A stretch of 64,000 nucleotides of DNA from Candidatus Dormiibacterota bacterium (GCA_041691155.1 JBEPVD010000003.1:16456-80455); one strand, 5' to 3'; counted from the first letter of the stretch, positions 30,088-40,986 are shown. Program-made: numbers and translations. Notes: generated from the letters alone by a model not told the origin.

Positions 30088-31335
30088 ATGTGTGATGTCG
30101 CCGGCGGGACCACTGCGGAGTCGGGAGACGAGATGGTGGCGCTCGCGTCGGCGGCGCGCCAGCTTCGGGTGCGGCCTCGCCCGGCCGAGCCCGACGTGAT
30201 GCGAGCCGAGTTGCGCCGGTTGCGCCAGGTCATCGATCTCGTGGAACTCAGGTTCGCCATGGTCGCGGCCGACTTCGCCGAGACCGAGCCTGGTGACTGG
30301 GGCGGGTACGTCAGTCCCATCCAGGCGATGAGGCAGGACTGCGGCATGACCGGTTCCGCCGCGGCGACTGCGATCTGTGTCGGCAGCGAGGCGCCGTCGA
30401 TCCCCACAAGTGTCGCGGCCCTGGAGGACGGACGTCTCGGGTTCGCCCACCTTGCCGTGCTCGCGAGCACGACGCGCACCCTGCGGGAATCTTCGATCTC
30501 CGGTGAGGTCGACGAACAACCGCTCCTCGACCAGGCACTTGCTCACGGCCTCCAGCGATTCCGCCACGACTGTGCGCATGTGCGCCATGCGCACGACTCC
30601 GCGGCGTTCCTTGCCGAACAGCGCGAGCAGATGTCGTACCGGTACCTCGAACTCCATGGCGGCGAGGGGGGCACCCTCTTCCTCAAGGGTTTCTTCGATC
30701 CCGAGGCTGCGGCAACCATACGCACCGCCCTCGATCCCCTGGCTCGCCGGTCCGGCGCCGGTGACCTCCGCGGCCGTTGGCAGCGCTACGGAGATGCGCT
30801 CCGTGAGCTGAGTACGCATGGCCTCGATACGGGCCAACTCCCGAGCGCGGGTGGGCAGCGACCCCACCTCAACGTCACCACAACCGTGGAGACGCTCCAG
30901 GGACTCCCCGGCGCCCCCGCCGGCATGCTCGAGCACGCAGGTCCCGTTGCCGCCGCCACCGTGCAGCGCCTTGCCTGCGACGCAAGCATCGCCAGGGTGG
31001 TCATGGGGCCGGACTCAGTGGTCACCGATGTCGGCCGGGCGCACCGGTTGCCCTCCGCGCCGACGCGGCGCGCACTGCTGGTTCGGGACGGCGGTTGTGT
31101 CTGGCCGGGCTGCGACCGTCCCGCGTCCTGGACGTCCGCGCATCACCTCGAACACTGGGGCCACGGCGGGGCGACCAGCCTCGACAATCTGGTGCTCCTC
31201 TGCCTGCGTCATCACACGATGTTGCATGAGGGTGTGTGGCAGCTCGTGCGAGGGAAGCACGGCGCCTGGATTGCGATCTCCCCATTACCGGGTGTCCAGC
31301 ATCGCGCACGACCGCCGTCTCCTCGGGATGCGTGA
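30088..31335 (+). mobile_element. DUF222 + HNH endonuclease protein (REP13E12-type element gene)
   Basis: N-terminal DUF222-like region. C-terminal HNH motif ...GGCVWPGCDRPASWTSAHHLEHWGHGGATSLDNLVLLCLRHHTMLHEG. Confidence 0.75.
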
Positions 31336-31479
31336 CGGCGATTGTCTGCACTAACGGCGCGGAGACGCTGACGACGCGGTCGCGATCTTCAACGCGCACC
31401 GTCGAGCATCGAACCGGGTCCGTGGTCCGGCCGGGAGCAGTCACGTTTCGAGCCCGCCGGCTCCAGAGACGATTCTGCG

Positions 31480-31920
31480 TCACCGATGAAGCCGGGCCGC
31501 CTTCAGTGCTTTGTCGACAGCGCCTCGCAGTCCGTACACGCCAAGCCCGACGAGGTTCAGCTGGTCGCGCGGCACGGCGCGCACGGCCGCGCGGTTGGCG
31601 GTGTCGTTCGGTGTCGAGAAAAGTTCCTCGGTGTACACGGCGACGCGAAGGTCGCGATCCAGCGCCCGCCGATGCGCTGAGGTCAGCACCGCTGCGTCGC
31701 CCTCGAGCACGGTGATCGGCATGCGCAGCATGGGTAGGTACTGCGTCCCGTCAGCGTCCATGTACGGCTCTCCGGTGATGTCCTCGATCGACGCCGCGAT
31801 GCCACTGATGAGAAAGCCGGTCACATTCAACTGCTGCCAGACCTCGAGATCGTCGCGGAGCAACACGGCAACCTTGGTGTCGAAGCGCTCGGTGCCCGCG
31901 GATTCGTCGTCCTGAGTCAT
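31480..31920 (-). CDS. DUF2000-like small protein
   Basis: 146 aa with a ...LNVTGFLISGIAAS... core. Confidence 0.45.
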   Translation of the reverse strand: MTQDDESAGTERFDTKVAVLLRDDLEVWQQLNVTGFLISGIAASIEDITGEPYMDADGTQYLPMLRMPITVLEGDAAVLTSAHRRALDRDLRVAVYTEELFSTPNDTANRAAVRAVPRDQLNLVGLGVYGLRGAVDKALKAARLHR

Positions 31921-31930
31921 CGCACCTCCG

Positions 31931-32410
31931 TCAGAGATACTCCTCGAACCCGGGCCATGCGCTCACCATCTGCCGGCGCAGCTCGTCCGACAGCGGCAGG
32001 TACGTCCCGGTTGCCTCGGCCACCACACAGCCGTCCGGCAGTAACACGCGACCTTCGGTGTGCAGCGCACGACGCATCAAGCGCGTGATCCGTCCCTCGA
32101 CGAGCAACTCCGTTCCTGCCGGCGCCGCACGGCGATAGCGCACCTCGAGCCGGCCGGTGACCACCCAATGGCGGTGCAATGCGGAGCATCGACCCATGAC
32201 GTCGTCGAGCACCGCGCTGACGATGCCACCGTGTGCGAACCCAGGGAATCCCACATGGTCCTCGCCGGGAGTCCAGTGCGTGTACACACGGTCGCCGTCC
32301 AGCTCGTACTGCAGATGCAGCCCGGACGGATTGCGCAGCCCGTGTACCCAGTTCAGTTGGAATTCGCTGCGGTCGTTGAGCCAGGCCGGATCGATGTCCT
32401 GGTTGATCAC
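31931..32410 (-). CDS. PaaI/YbgC-type hotdog-fold thioesterase
   Basis: ...[16 protein letters not shown]... Confidence 0.65.
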   Translation of the reverse strand: MINQDIDPAWLNDRSEFQLNWVHGLRNPSGLHLQYELDGDRVYTHWTPGEDHVGFPGFAHGGIVSAVLDDVMGRCSALHRHWVVTGRLEVRYRRAAPAGTELLVEGRITRLMRRALHTEGRVLLPDGCVVAEATGTYLPLSDELRRQMVSAWPGFEEYL

Positions 32411-33663
32411 GGCGCGGTCAGGCGCTCAAGGCCACCGATGTATGGACGCAGTGGCTCCGGGATCAGCACCGTCCCATCGGCCTGCTGATACGACTCGAGC
32501 AGGGCGTCGAAGGTGCGCGGCACACCCAGCGCACTGCCGTTGAGCGTATGCACGTGACGCGGTTTCTCCGACGGCGCCGGGCGATATCGAATGTTGGCAC
32601 GCCGCGCCTGGAACTCCCCGAATACCGAGCACGATGAGACTTCGAGCCATTGCTCCATCCCGGGCGCCCACACCTCGACGTCGTACTTCTTCCATTGCGC
32701 GAAGCCGAGGTCGCCCGTGCACATCAACAGGACGCGGTAGTGCAGTCCCAGCATCTGCAGCACGTGCTCGGCGTGCGACGTGATGAGTTCAAGTTCGTCG
32801 AGGGAGGATTCCGGGGTGGTGAAGCGCACCATCTCGACCTTCTCGAACTGGTGCAGCCGGATATAGCCACGTGTGTCCTTGCCGGCCGCCCCCGCCTCGC
32901 GCCGCCAGCATGGGGTCAGCGCGACGTGGGCAATCGGCAGCTGCGCTGCCTCGAGAATCTCCCCCGCGTAGAGGTTGGTCACCGGCACTTCAGCGGTCGG
33001 GATGAGGAAGAGGCCGTCGTCGGTGTGATACGCCTCGTCCTCGAACTTCGGCAACTGCGCGGTGCCGATCATGGCTTCGCGGCGCACCAGGTACGGGGGC
33101 GCGATCTCGGTGTAGCCGTGCTCACGCGCGACGTCGAGCATGAATGAGGTCAGCGCGCGCTGGAGGCGAGCACCGTCGCCGCGCAGCACGACAAAACGTG
33201 AGCCGCTGAGTTTCGCGGCGCGCTCGAAGTCAAAGACGCCGAGACGCTCACCAAGATCGTAGTGGGTCGCGGCCTCGAAGTCGAAGACGGGCGGCTCGCC
33301 CCACGTCCGCGCCACGACATTGTCCGCAGGTCCACCCCCGTCGGGAACGCTCTCGTGCGGCACATTCGGCATCTCGAGCAATAGCGTCTCGACGCGCTGG
33401 TCGAATTCCGCGAGGCGCGTCTCGCCATCCTGGATGCGTTGCTTGAGCGCGGTCAGCGATGCGAGCTGCTCGCCGGTCGGCGCACCACGAACCGCCGCCG
33501 AAGCGGTGCGCTGCTCGGCGCGATCTTGCTCGACGGAGGTGCGCAGCGCGCGGGTCTCACCATCGAGTGCGAGCAGTTCGTCCACCGGCGCCGTCTCGCC
33601 TTTGCGGCGCGCGCCATCTCGCACCGACTCCGGGTCATCGCGGATCCGTTGCAGTGGGAGCAT
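32407..33663 (-). CDS. serS: Seryl-tRNA synthetase
   Basis: An N-terminal coiled-coil arm is followed by class II core motifs ...FRREAG...[16 protein letters not shown]... Length 418 aa. Confidence 0.9.
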   Translation of the reverse strand: MLPLQRIRDDPESVRDGARRKGETAPVDELLALDGETRALRTSVEQDRAEQRTASAAVRGAPTGEQLASLTALKQRIQDGETRLAEFDQRVETLLLEMPNVPHESVPDGGGPADNVVARTWGEPPVFDFEAATHYDLGERLGVFDFERAAKLSGSRFVVLRGDGARLQRALTSFMLDVAREHGYTEIAPPYLVRREAMIGTAQLPKFEDEAYHTDDGLFLIPTAEVPVTNLYAGEILEAAQLPIAHVALTPCWRREAGAAGKDTRGYIRLHQFEKVEMVRFTTPESSLDELELITSHAEHVLQMLGLHYRVLLMCTGDLGFAQWKKYDVEVWAPGMEQWLEVSSCSVFGEFQARRANIRYRPAPSEKPRHVHTLNGSALGVPRTFDALLESYQQADGTVLIPEPLRPYIGGLERLTAP

Positions 33664-35237
33664 CAGGCGTCCGAGCCTCCATCGTGACGCGGCAACGGAC
33701 GCATCGTCGGAAAGAGCAACACATCGCGAATCGCCGGCGAGTCGGTCAGCAGCATGACGAGGCGATCGACGCCGACACCGAGGCCGCCGGCGGGCGGCAT
33801 CCCCACCTCGATTGCCTCGAGGAAATCCTCATCAATAGGTGGAATCTCCGTGTCGCCGCCGGCACGCAGCCGTGCCTGCTCCTCGAAACGCGCGCGCTGG
33901 TCGATAGGGTCGTTGAGCTCGCTGAAAGCGTTGGCGACCTCGCGCCCGGCGACGATCAACTCGAAGCGCTCGACAAAGCGCGGATCATCACGCCGCCGTC
34001 GCGCCAGCGGGCTGACCTCGGCCGGGTAGTCGAGCACGAAGGTCGGGTCCCAAAGCTTGCTCTCGACTCGCTGCTCATAGATCTCGAGTAACACCGCACC
34101 CGGGCCCAACCTGGGTGACACCTCGATACCAAGCTGCGCCGCGGCAGCGTGCATGTCGTCCCACGAGGCGAGCGCATCGACGCCAGTTTCCTCGCGCACG
34201 AGGTCGACCATGGTCGCGGTGCGGTACGGTGGCCGCAAATCGAGCGGCTGGCCGAACGCCTGACGCAGCAATGGGTCCTCGCACGGCGCGCTGCCGCCTT
34301 CGTCACCCTCGACCACCTGTGGCCCCGCCGCATTCGCAGCGGCGGTGATGAGGCCCTCGGTGAGCTCGCGCATGTCGTCATAGGTCGCGTACGCCTGATA
34401 GGCCTCGAGCATCGTGAACTCTGGGTTGTGCCGCGGCGACAACCCCTCATTGCGAAACACGCGACCGATCTCATACACGCGCGCATAGCCACCGACGATC
34501 AATCGCTTGAGGTGCAATTCGATCGCGATGCGGAGGTACACGTCGGTGTGCAACGCGTTCCAGTGTGTCTCGAACGGCAGCGCGTGACCGCCACCGGGAA
34601 TGGGCTGGAGAATCGGCGTCTCCACCTCGAGAAAGCCCCGCTGATCCAGCGTCGCCCGCAGCGCCCGGATCAGCCGCGAGCGGGTTGCGAAGTGGCGGCG
34701 CTGATCAGCGTTGCTGAGCAGGTCGAGATATCGCTTGCGATAGCGCGTCTCCTGGTCCTGGAGCCCGTGGAACTTCTCGGGCGGCGCGTGCAGTGACTTC
34801 ACGAGCAATGTGGCTGAGTCCACCAGGACGCTCGGCTCGCCGCGGCGCGTCCGCGTCATCGGCCCCGTGATGCCGACGATGTCGCCGAGATCCAGGGAGG
34901 CAACCAGCGCGTGCGCATCGCCGGGTCGGTCCGCACGGAACCACATCTGCAGGCGCCCGGAGTCGTCTTCAACGTGCGCGAATGCCGCGCCACCGAGGTC
35001 GCGGAGCTGCATGACCCGACCTGCCACCGCCACGACCGGACGCTCCGGCGCATCGACATCCGCGCCGGGGTGCTCCGTCTCGTATGCATTGAGCAGCAGG
35101 CGCGCCTCCTCCATCGTCGCGGTGGGAACGAAATCGACGCCGTAGGAGGGGATCCCACGTGCGGCAAGCTCGTCGACCTTGCGGCGGCGTTCCGCAAAGA
35201 GATCGTCGGAAGGCATGCCGACTATCTTCACCGCCAA
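33663..35237 (-). CDS. lysS: Lysyl-tRNA synthetase (class II)
   Basis: OB-fold anticodon-binding N-terminus plus motifs ...[18 protein letters not shown]...[15 protein letters not shown]. Confidence 0.9.
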   Translation of the reverse strand: MAVKIVGMPSDDLFAERRRKVDELAARGIPSYGVDFVPTATMEEARLLLNAYETEHPGADVDAPERPVVAVAGRVMQLRDLGGAAFAHVEDDSGRLQMWFRADRPGDAHALVASLDLGDIVGITGPMTRTRRGEPSVLVDSATLLVKSLHAPPEKFHGLQDQETRYRKRYLDLLSNADQRRHFATRSRLIRALRATLDQRGFLEVETPILQPIPGGGHALPFETHWNALHTDVYLRIAIELHLKRLIVGGYARVYEIGRVFRNEGLSPRHNPEFTMLEAYQAYATYDDMRELTEGLITAAANAAGPQVVEGDEGGSAPCEDPLLRQAFGQPLDLRPPYRTATMVDLVREETGVDALASWDDMHAAAAQLGIEVSPRLGPGAVLLEIYEQRVESKLWDPTFVLDYPAEVSPLARRRRDDPRFVERFELIVAGREVANAFSELNDPIDQRARFEEQARLRAGGDTEIPPIDEDFLEAIEVGMPPAGGLGVGVDRLVMLLTDSPAIRDVLLFPTMRPLPRHDGGSDA

Positions 35238-35274
35238 GGCAGGCTGCGTGTACGGGGCGCTGCCCCGCGCGACG

Positions 35275-35736
35275 TCAGTTGATCTTGACGATCTTGACTT
35301 GACGCGCCCCGCCGGGGCTCACCACGTCGACGGTGTCGCCGACTTTGTGTCCGAGCAGCGCCTTGCCGACCGGCGACTCCATGGAGATCCGGCCGTCGGC
35401 GACATCGACTTCTGCCGGCCCCACGATGGTGAACGTCTGCTTGCCGAAGTCGTCCTTGACGTCAACGGTGGTGCCAACGCTCACGATGCCGCTTTCGCTG
35501 CCCTCTTCGATGATGACCGCGTTGCGGAGCATGTTCTCGACAAGGAGGATGCGACCCTCGAGCATGCCCTGCTCGTTCTTCGCCTCATCGTACTCAGCGT
35601 TTTCCGAGATGTCGCCGAAGTCCTTGGCGTACTTGATGCGCTCGGCCACCTCGGCGCGACGCACCGTCCGCAATTCTTCCAATTCGCGCTCAAGCTTGGC
35701 GAGACCGTCTCGCGTGAGCAGCGTCGGTTTGTCCAT
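35275..35736 (-). CDS. greA: Transcription elongation factor GreA
   Basis: ...FGDISENAEYDEAKNEQ... coiled-coil plus a C-terminal FKBP-like domain. Confidence 0.9.
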   Translation of the reverse strand: MDKPTLLTRDGLAKLERELEELRTVRRAEVAERIKYAKDFGDISENAEYDEAKNEQGMLEGRILLVENMLRNAVIIEEGSESGIVSVGTTVDVKDDFGKQTFTIVGPAEVDVADGRISMESPVGKALLGHKVGDTVDVVSPGGARQVKIVKIN

Positions 35737-35849
35737 TCAGGTTCCTGGTACGACGCAGTCAGCCGGGTTGTCGGGGTGACCCCCCGCTCTGCGAGGCGCG
35801 AGTATAAGCGAGCAATGTCCAACGCTGCGTAACAACTTGTCGTCATTCC

Positions 35850-35961
35850 TTGACGGAAATGGCTTAGCTTCATATGATCCGCACCGAGGTCATGTCGGGG
35901 ATCTCTATTACTGCCCCCCCTCTCGGGGCGTCTCTGGTTTCCAGGGGCGCCCTTCTTTTTT
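35850..35961 (+). ncRNA. Candidate small RNA: near-consensus sigma-70-type promoter (TTGACG-17-TATGAT) driving a roughly 75-nt transcript that ends at a strong intrinsic terminator
   Basis: -35 TTGACG at 35850-35855, 17-nt spacer, -10 TATGAT at 35873-35878. A 12-bp GC-rich stem (35926-35952) with a UUU loop is followed by TTCTTTTTT. The transcript body has a C-rich single-stranded CUGCCCCCCUCUC. It lies between greA and dus, which are both on the other strand. Confidence 0.3.
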
Positions 35962-35968
35962 GCGCTCG

Positions 35969-37012
35969 TCAGCCGTCGCCGCTCACAAAGACCGGCCTGA
36001 ACCAGCCCTCGGGGTGCGGTCCAGCTGCAAGCGCACGATCAAGCAACGCATCGAGCCGTTCACGCGTGTCCATGGTCTGCACCTCGGCGCGCAGGCGCGC
36101 GGCACCGGCGCAGCCGCGAATCGTCCACGCCACGTACTTCCTGCCGATACGCATCGCGCGCCGCTCGCCGTGGTACGCGCAGAGCATGTCGAGGTGGCGC
36201 CGGGCAAGGGCGATACGGTCGGCAAAGTCGAGGTCCGGCAAGGTCTCGCCGGTCGCAAGCCGGTGCACCGCCTGCTTGACGAACCAGAAGTTGCCGAGCA
36301 TGCCGCGAGCGATCACCACGCCGTCGACCACGCCGGAGTCGATGCGGGCGGCCAGCGTTTCGACGTTTTCGACGTCCCCGCTCCCGAACACGGGAACGCT
36401 TACCGCGGCCTTCACGCGGGCAATCTCCAGCCAGTCAGCAACGCCTTCGTACTTCTGACAGCGCGTCCGACCGTGCACCGTGACGGCGGCAGCGCCCGCA
36501 TCCTCCAGGGCGCGAGCAAGCTCCGGGGCGTTGATGGTGTCCCGGTCCCAGCCCAGTCGCATCTTCACAGTCACCGGGACGTCGACCGCGGCGACCATGG
36601 CCCTGATCACCTTGACGGTGGCCTGTACGTCGCGAGCGAGCCCGGCACCACTTCCCCGGCTCACCACCTTGGAGACCGGACAGCCGAGGTTGACGTCCAC
36701 CAGCACAGCCCCGCGCTCGACGCATACCTGCGCCGCCTCGGCCATGACCACCGGGTCGCAGCCCACCAATTGCGCCGCGACCGGCGCGACGTCACCGGGA
36801 AAATCGAGAAGGTGCAACGCGGCCTCGGTGCTCCGCACGACCGCCTCGGCGGCGACCATCTCCGTGGAGACCAGCCCGGCGCCGAACTCGCGGCACAGTT
36901 CGCGGCAGGGCGCGTCCGTGATGCCGACCATGGGTGCGACCAGAACCGGTGACGAGAGCTCGAGCGCACCGACCCACAGGGGGCGGACGGTCGCTGCTGC
37001 GACGGCCATCAC
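35969..37012 (-). CDS. dus: tRNA-dihydrouridine synthase (DusB-like)
   Basis: ...LVAPMVGITDAPCR... TIM-barrel Dus family with the catalytic Cys region ...DVNLGCPV. Confidence 0.8.
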   Translation of the reverse strand: MMAVAAATVRPLWVGALELSSPVLVAPMVGITDAPCRELCREFGAGLVSTEMVAAEAVVRSTEAALHLLDFPGDVAPVAAQLVGCDPVVMAEAAQVCVERGAVLVDVNLGCPVSKVVSRGSGAGLARDVQATVKVIRAMVAAVDVPVTVKMRLGWDRDTINAPELARALEDAGAAAVTVHGRTRCQKYEGVADWLEIARVKAAVSVPVFGSGDVENVETLAARIDSGVVDGVVIARGMLGNFWFVKQAVHRLATGETLPDLDFADRIALARRHLDMLCAYHGERRAMRIGRKYVAWTIRGCAGAARLRAEVQTMDTRERLDALLDRALAAGPHPEGWFRPVFVSGDG

Positions 37013-37040
37013 GTCATGGTACGAGGCGGGCCGGCTCGCC

Positions 37041-37826
37041 TCAGCGATTCTGCTCGTGGATGAGACGCAAGCCGTGGAGGGTCAATCGCTCGTCCACCAC
37101 ATCGATGGCCGGGATCAACTTGGCGAGCGAGGGTGCCAGGCCGCCGGTGGCAATCACCTTTGCCGGGCCTTCCATTTCCGTTCGAAAACGCGCCACCAAC
37201 CCTTCGACCAGACCCACGTAGCCGAAGACGATGCCTGACTGCATGCTCGCCGTCGTCGTGTGCCCGATCGCCTCCGCCGGAGCGCTGAGTTCGACACGCG
37301 ACAGCATCGCCGCATGACTCACCAGCGCATCGTGGCTGAGCTGGATGCCGGGCGCGATCGCCCCGCCGAGGTAGTCGCCTCTGGCGTCGATGGCGTCGAA
37401 GGTCGTGGCCGTCCCGAAGTCGACGAGGATTGCCGGACCCTTGTAGAGGTGGTGTGCGGCGATTGCATTGGCGATCCGGTCGGCACCCACACGCCGGGGG
37501 TCGTCGTACTGGATCCGGATCCCTGTGCGAGTGCCGGGTCCAACCATCATCGGCGGCTGATTGAAGTAGGTGTGGGAGAGTTCGTCGATGCTCCGCGACA
37601 GTGTGGGTACGACGCTGCTCACCACCACCGCCGTCACCTGCGACGGCGTCAAGCTCCGTCGCGCGAGCAGGTCCACGAGGATCAGCCCCAGCTCATCGCC
37701 GGTGAACCGGTCGTCGGTGTGGATCCGGAAGTCGGCGATGAGGTCGTCGCCGTCGAACACGCCGACGACGATGTTGGTGTTCCCGACGTCAATCGCGAGC
37801 AGCATCGCGCCGAGTGTAGGCATCAT
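37041..37826 (-). CDS. coaX: Type III pantothenate kinase
   Basis: MLLAIDVGNTNIVVG... The real start is probably the MLLAID Met at 37805. Confidence 0.85.
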   Translation of the reverse strand: MMPTLGAMLLAIDVGNTNIVVGVFDGDDLIADFRIHTDDRFTGDELGLILVDLLARRSLTPSQVTAVVVSSVVPTLSRSIDELSHTYFNQPPMMVGPGTRTGIRIQYDDPRRVGADRIANAIAAHHLYKGPAILVDFGTATTFDAIDARGDYLGGAIAPGIQLSHDALVSHAAMLSRVELSAPAEAIGHTTTASMQSGIVFGYVGLVEGLVARFRTEMEGPAKVIATGGLAPSLAKLIPAIDVVDERLTLHGLRLIHEQNR

Positions 37827-37832
37827 CGCGCC

Positions 37833-38696
37833 GTGATCGCGCTCCTCGACATCGGCGGCACCAAGATCGCCGCGTCGGCCGGCCGCGATGCAAGGATCGG
37901 CGCCGTCCGGCGCATCCCGACCCCCATGACCTCACCGCTGGCCACCCTCCGCGGCCTGGTCGAGGGCGTGATGGAGGGCAAACTTCCGGCTGCGATTGCC
38001 ATTTCCGCTCCGGGCCCATTCGATCGCACCAGCGGGGCGCTGGTTGACCCGCCCGGGATGCCCGCATCGTGGCACGGGCTCGAGATGGCCCACCTCCTCG
38101 GACAGCGGTTCGACTGCCCGGTTGTGGTCGAAAACGACGCCAACTGCGCGGCCCTGGCCGAGGCACGCCTCGGTTCCGGCGCGGGGCACCGGACAGTGGT
38201 CTATTGCACGGTGTCGACCGGGATCGGCTGCGGCCTCGTGCATGACGGGCGGATCGTCGTCGGCCGTCACGACAGCGAGGGTGGCCACATCGTCCTCTGG
38301 CCGGCCTGGCTCGGCGGGCCTCCCTGCCATTGCGGTGGCGCCGGGTGCCTCGAGGCGCTCGCGAGCGGGCGGTCGATCGCGCGCCGCTTCGGCATGCCCG
38401 CCGAGCAGCTGAGCGATCCGGACGCGTGGGCGGACATCGGCAGGTGGCTCGGCCTCGCCGTTGTCGACTTCACCGCTCTGTACGATCCCGACGTCATCGT
38501 GTTCGGCGGCGGGGTGTGCGCGAGCTGGAGACGGTTTGCCCCGTCGATGACCGAAACCGTCGAGCGATACCTGCATTTGCAACCGTCACCGGAGATCGTG
38601 CGTGGCACCCTCGGGGAGGAGCGCTCGCTGCTCGGCGCGCTGCTGATTGCCGAGGACAGCGGCGAGGATCCCGCCAGACTGCTGACGGCGCTGTAG
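37833..38696 (+). CDS. ROK-family sugar kinase (glucokinase/NagC-like)
   Basis: GTG 37833 gives VIALLDIGGTKIAA... It has the ROK zinc motif ...GHIVLWPAWLGGPPCHCGGAGCLE. The upstream part of ORF 37260..38696 is a shadow of coaX. Confidence 0.75.
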   Translation: MIALLDIGGTKIAASAGRDARIGAVRRIPTPMTSPLATLRGLVEGVMEGKLPAAIAISAPGPFDRTSGALVDPPGMPASWHGLEMAHLLGQRFDCPVVVENDANCAALAEARLGSGAGHRTVVYCTVSTGIGCGLVHDGRIVVGRHDSEGGHIVLWPAWLGGPPCHCGGAGCLEALASGRSIARRFGMPAEQLSDPDAWADIGRWLGLAVVDFTALYDPDVIVFGGGVCASWRRFAPSMTETVERYLHLQPSPEIVRGTLGEERSLLGALLIAEDSGEDPARLLTAL

Positions 38697-38708
38697 GCTA
38701 CGCCGCCG

Positions 38709-39557
38709 ATGGCAGCGGTCCACCTGGTGTGCGACAGCACCTCCGACCTCGACCCGGCGTTTCGCGCCGCCCACACGGTGCGCGTGGTGCCGCTCAAGGT
38801 CATCTTCGGTGATGAGACGTTCAACGACGGCGTTGACATCTCGGCCGAGGACTTCTACGCGCGCCTCGCCAGGCCCGGGCCGTTCCCGCGCACCTCGCAG
38901 CCGACCCCCGGAGAGTTCGAAGCGGTCTTCCGTGAGCTCGGCGCGGACGGGGGATCGATCGTCTGCACGACCATCTCCTCGGACCTGAGCGGGACCTTCG
39001 CCTCCGCGACTCAGGCGAGAGCGGCGCTTCCCGACCTGGACATCCGCGTCGTCGACACCCGAAGTGTTGCCGTCGGACACTACGCGGCGGTGCTCGAGGC
39101 AGTGCGCGTGACCGAGGCGGGCGGCGATGCCGACGCGGTGGTCGCGGCCCTGGCGGCGGTGCAGCGCACCGAACGCGTGCTCTTCACGGTCGACACGCTC
39201 GAGTTCCTGCGGCGCGGCGGCCGCATCGGTGGCGCTCGTGCGTTGCTCGGGTCGCTGCTCGACCTCAAGCCGGTGCTCGAGATCAAGGGCGGCCATATTG
39301 AACCGGTAGCGCGAGTACGAACCTACCCGAAGGCGATCGACCGTGTGGTCGAAGAGTGCGCCCGCGCGGCCGCTGCGTGGGGCGGCGCGCAACTCGTCAT
39401 CGCTCACGCTGACCGCCCACAGCTCGCGGCCGAACTGGTCGAGCGCATGCGTCCGCTCGTGTCCAGTGAGCCCTCGCTCACGGTGGTGGGGCCGGTCATC
39501 GGGTGCCACAGCGGACCTGGCGCAATCGGCGTCGGATTTCACAAAAAGTTGTCCTAA
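38709..39557 (+). CDS. DegV-family fatty-acid-binding protein
   Basis: ...VCDSTSDL...TSQPTPGEF... DegV/EDD fold. Confidence 0.8.
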   Translation: MAAVHLVCDSTSDLDPAFRAAHTVRVVPLKVIFGDETFNDGVDISAEDFYARLARPGPFPRTSQPTPGEFEAVFRELGADGGSIVCTTISSDLSGTFASATQARAALPDLDIRVVDTRSVAVGHYAAVLEAVRVTEAGGDADAVVAALAAVQRTERVLFTVDTLEFLRRGGRIGGARALLGSLLDLKPVLEIKGGHIEPVARVRTYPKAIDRVVEECARAAAAWGGAQLVIAHADRPQLAAELVERMRPLVSSEPSLTVVGPVIGCHSGPGAIGVGFHKKLS

Positions 39558-39616
39558 CTCCGGGAACGAGAACAATTCGGGTCCGGCGAGTTAGGATTGC
39601 CGCTCAGGCTGAACGT

Positions 39617-40327
39617 GTGAGGGACATCGCCACGATCACCGCCATCGGCACGCGTACTTCGCCGGAGCGCCATGCAGTCGAGGTCGACGAGGCGGGCCGG
39701 CGGAATCAGATCGTCCACGCCGCCGCGGCAGTCCTCGGTCGCCAGGGATATGCCGCGACCTCACTCAAGGATGTGGCACGCGAGGCGAAGGTCGCGCCCG
39801 GCCTCCTCCACTACTACTTCGAATCCAAGGAGGATTTGCTCCTCGAGGTCGTGGTGGTCATGGAGCGGCAGATGCTGGCCCGATGGAAGGAGGTGGTCAA
39901 CGGCGTTGACGACCCCCTCGAGCGGATCGTGACCGGCGTTGATCATGCGGAGGAGCGCTGTGCCGAGCAACCCGAGTTCTTCCGCCTGCTGATCGACCTC
40001 TACACCGTGAGCCTCAGCGCGCCCGCGCTTCAGGCTCGGTGCGCTCAACTGCGGAGGCACATCGTCGACGAGATCGAGATCGAGGTACGTCAGGTCTTCG
40101 GACGTCTTCCGGCGTACTCACTCATCTCGCCGCGCGATCTGGCCGGCGTCATCTGCAGCGCTGTGGACGGGATTGCCCTGACCAGCCTGGTGCTGGAAGA
40201 TTCCGCGGCCGGGCGATTCCACGCGTTGAAGGTGCTCCTGCTCTCACTCGTGGTGACCGCCTATGTCACCGCCGGGCAGGAACCCCCGGTCACGCGCCTC
40301 GGGGAGATGCTCAGCCGTCATCCCTGA
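39617..40327 (+). CDS. TetR-family transcriptional regulator
   Basis: HTH ...GYAATSLKDVAREAKVAPGLLHYYFESKEDLL. The start is taken at the in-frame GTG 39617. The earlier ATG 39503 would overlap degV. Confidence 0.65.
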   Translation: MRDIATITAIGTRTSPERHAVEVDEAGRRNQIVHAAAAVLGRQGYAATSLKDVAREAKVAPGLLHYYFESKEDLLLEVVVVMERQMLARWKEVVNGVDDPLERIVTGVDHAEERCAEQPEFFRLLIDLYTVSLSAPALQARCAQLRRHIVDEIEIEVRQVFGRLPAYSLISPRDLAGVICSAVDGIALTSLVLEDSAAGRFHALKVLLLSLVVTAYVTAGQEPPVTRLGEMLSRHP

Positions 40328-40436
40328 CCGCGGGCGGAATCCCATCCGCGTGGTTGTCCTGAAGTGTGACCCCGAGCCCAAGTTGTGGTGCCCTCCGCCT
40401 CTAGGAACGCCCGGGCGGCTGGAGCAGGATCGAGGC

Positions 40437-40973
40437 ATGGGTTTTCTCACCGCTGGACCGTCACGGGCGATCGTGCTGGCAGCAGCCGCAGGAGCCCTGC
40501 TCGCAGCCTGTGGACAGACGTCAACGCCGGCGCTGACCCCAGCGCCATCGCAGAGCCAGTCATCGGTCCCGACCAGCACCCCTGCACCGACGGCGAGCCC
40601 GACCAGCGCGACGCCGATCCCCGCAAACGCGGCCACGACCACCTGGGTCCGATTCTCGGGCGCGCGCAGCGGGTACCTCACGGACCTCAAACCGAGGTGT
40701 TCCAACCAGTATTCCGGCGTCCAGGTCGATGGAACGCTCGATGGGGCGAGTTTTGAACTCCAGGTCGATGATCCTGCCGACCACGCCACGGGCGGCAACC
40801 TCACGTTGTATGACTTCGCAACCAACGGCGGCGTCTGGGAGGGGGGCAGCCCTGGGATCACCACCTACACGTACGCAACTGGCGCAACGTTCGGGACCAC
40901 ACTGTTCGGACGGAGAAGCTCTGGGCTGCCGGCCGGTTCAATCGTTGAAATCACCGGCGCCATCCTCTGCTGA
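40437..40973 (+). CDS. Lipoprotein of unknown function
   Basis: Signal peptide with lipobox LAAC-GQTS, a Pro/Ser/Thr linker and a small beta-rich domain ending in C. Confidence 0.5.
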   Translation: MGFLTAGPSRAIVLAAAAGALLAACGQTSTPALTPAPSQSQSSVPTSTPAPTASPTSATPIPANAATTTWVRFSGARSGYLTDLKPRCSNQYSGVQVDGTLDGASFELQVDDPADHATGGNLTLYDFATNGGVWEGGSPGITTYTYATGATFGTTLFGRRSSGLPAGSIVEITGAILC

Positions 40974-40986
40974 GGACCGATCTCGG

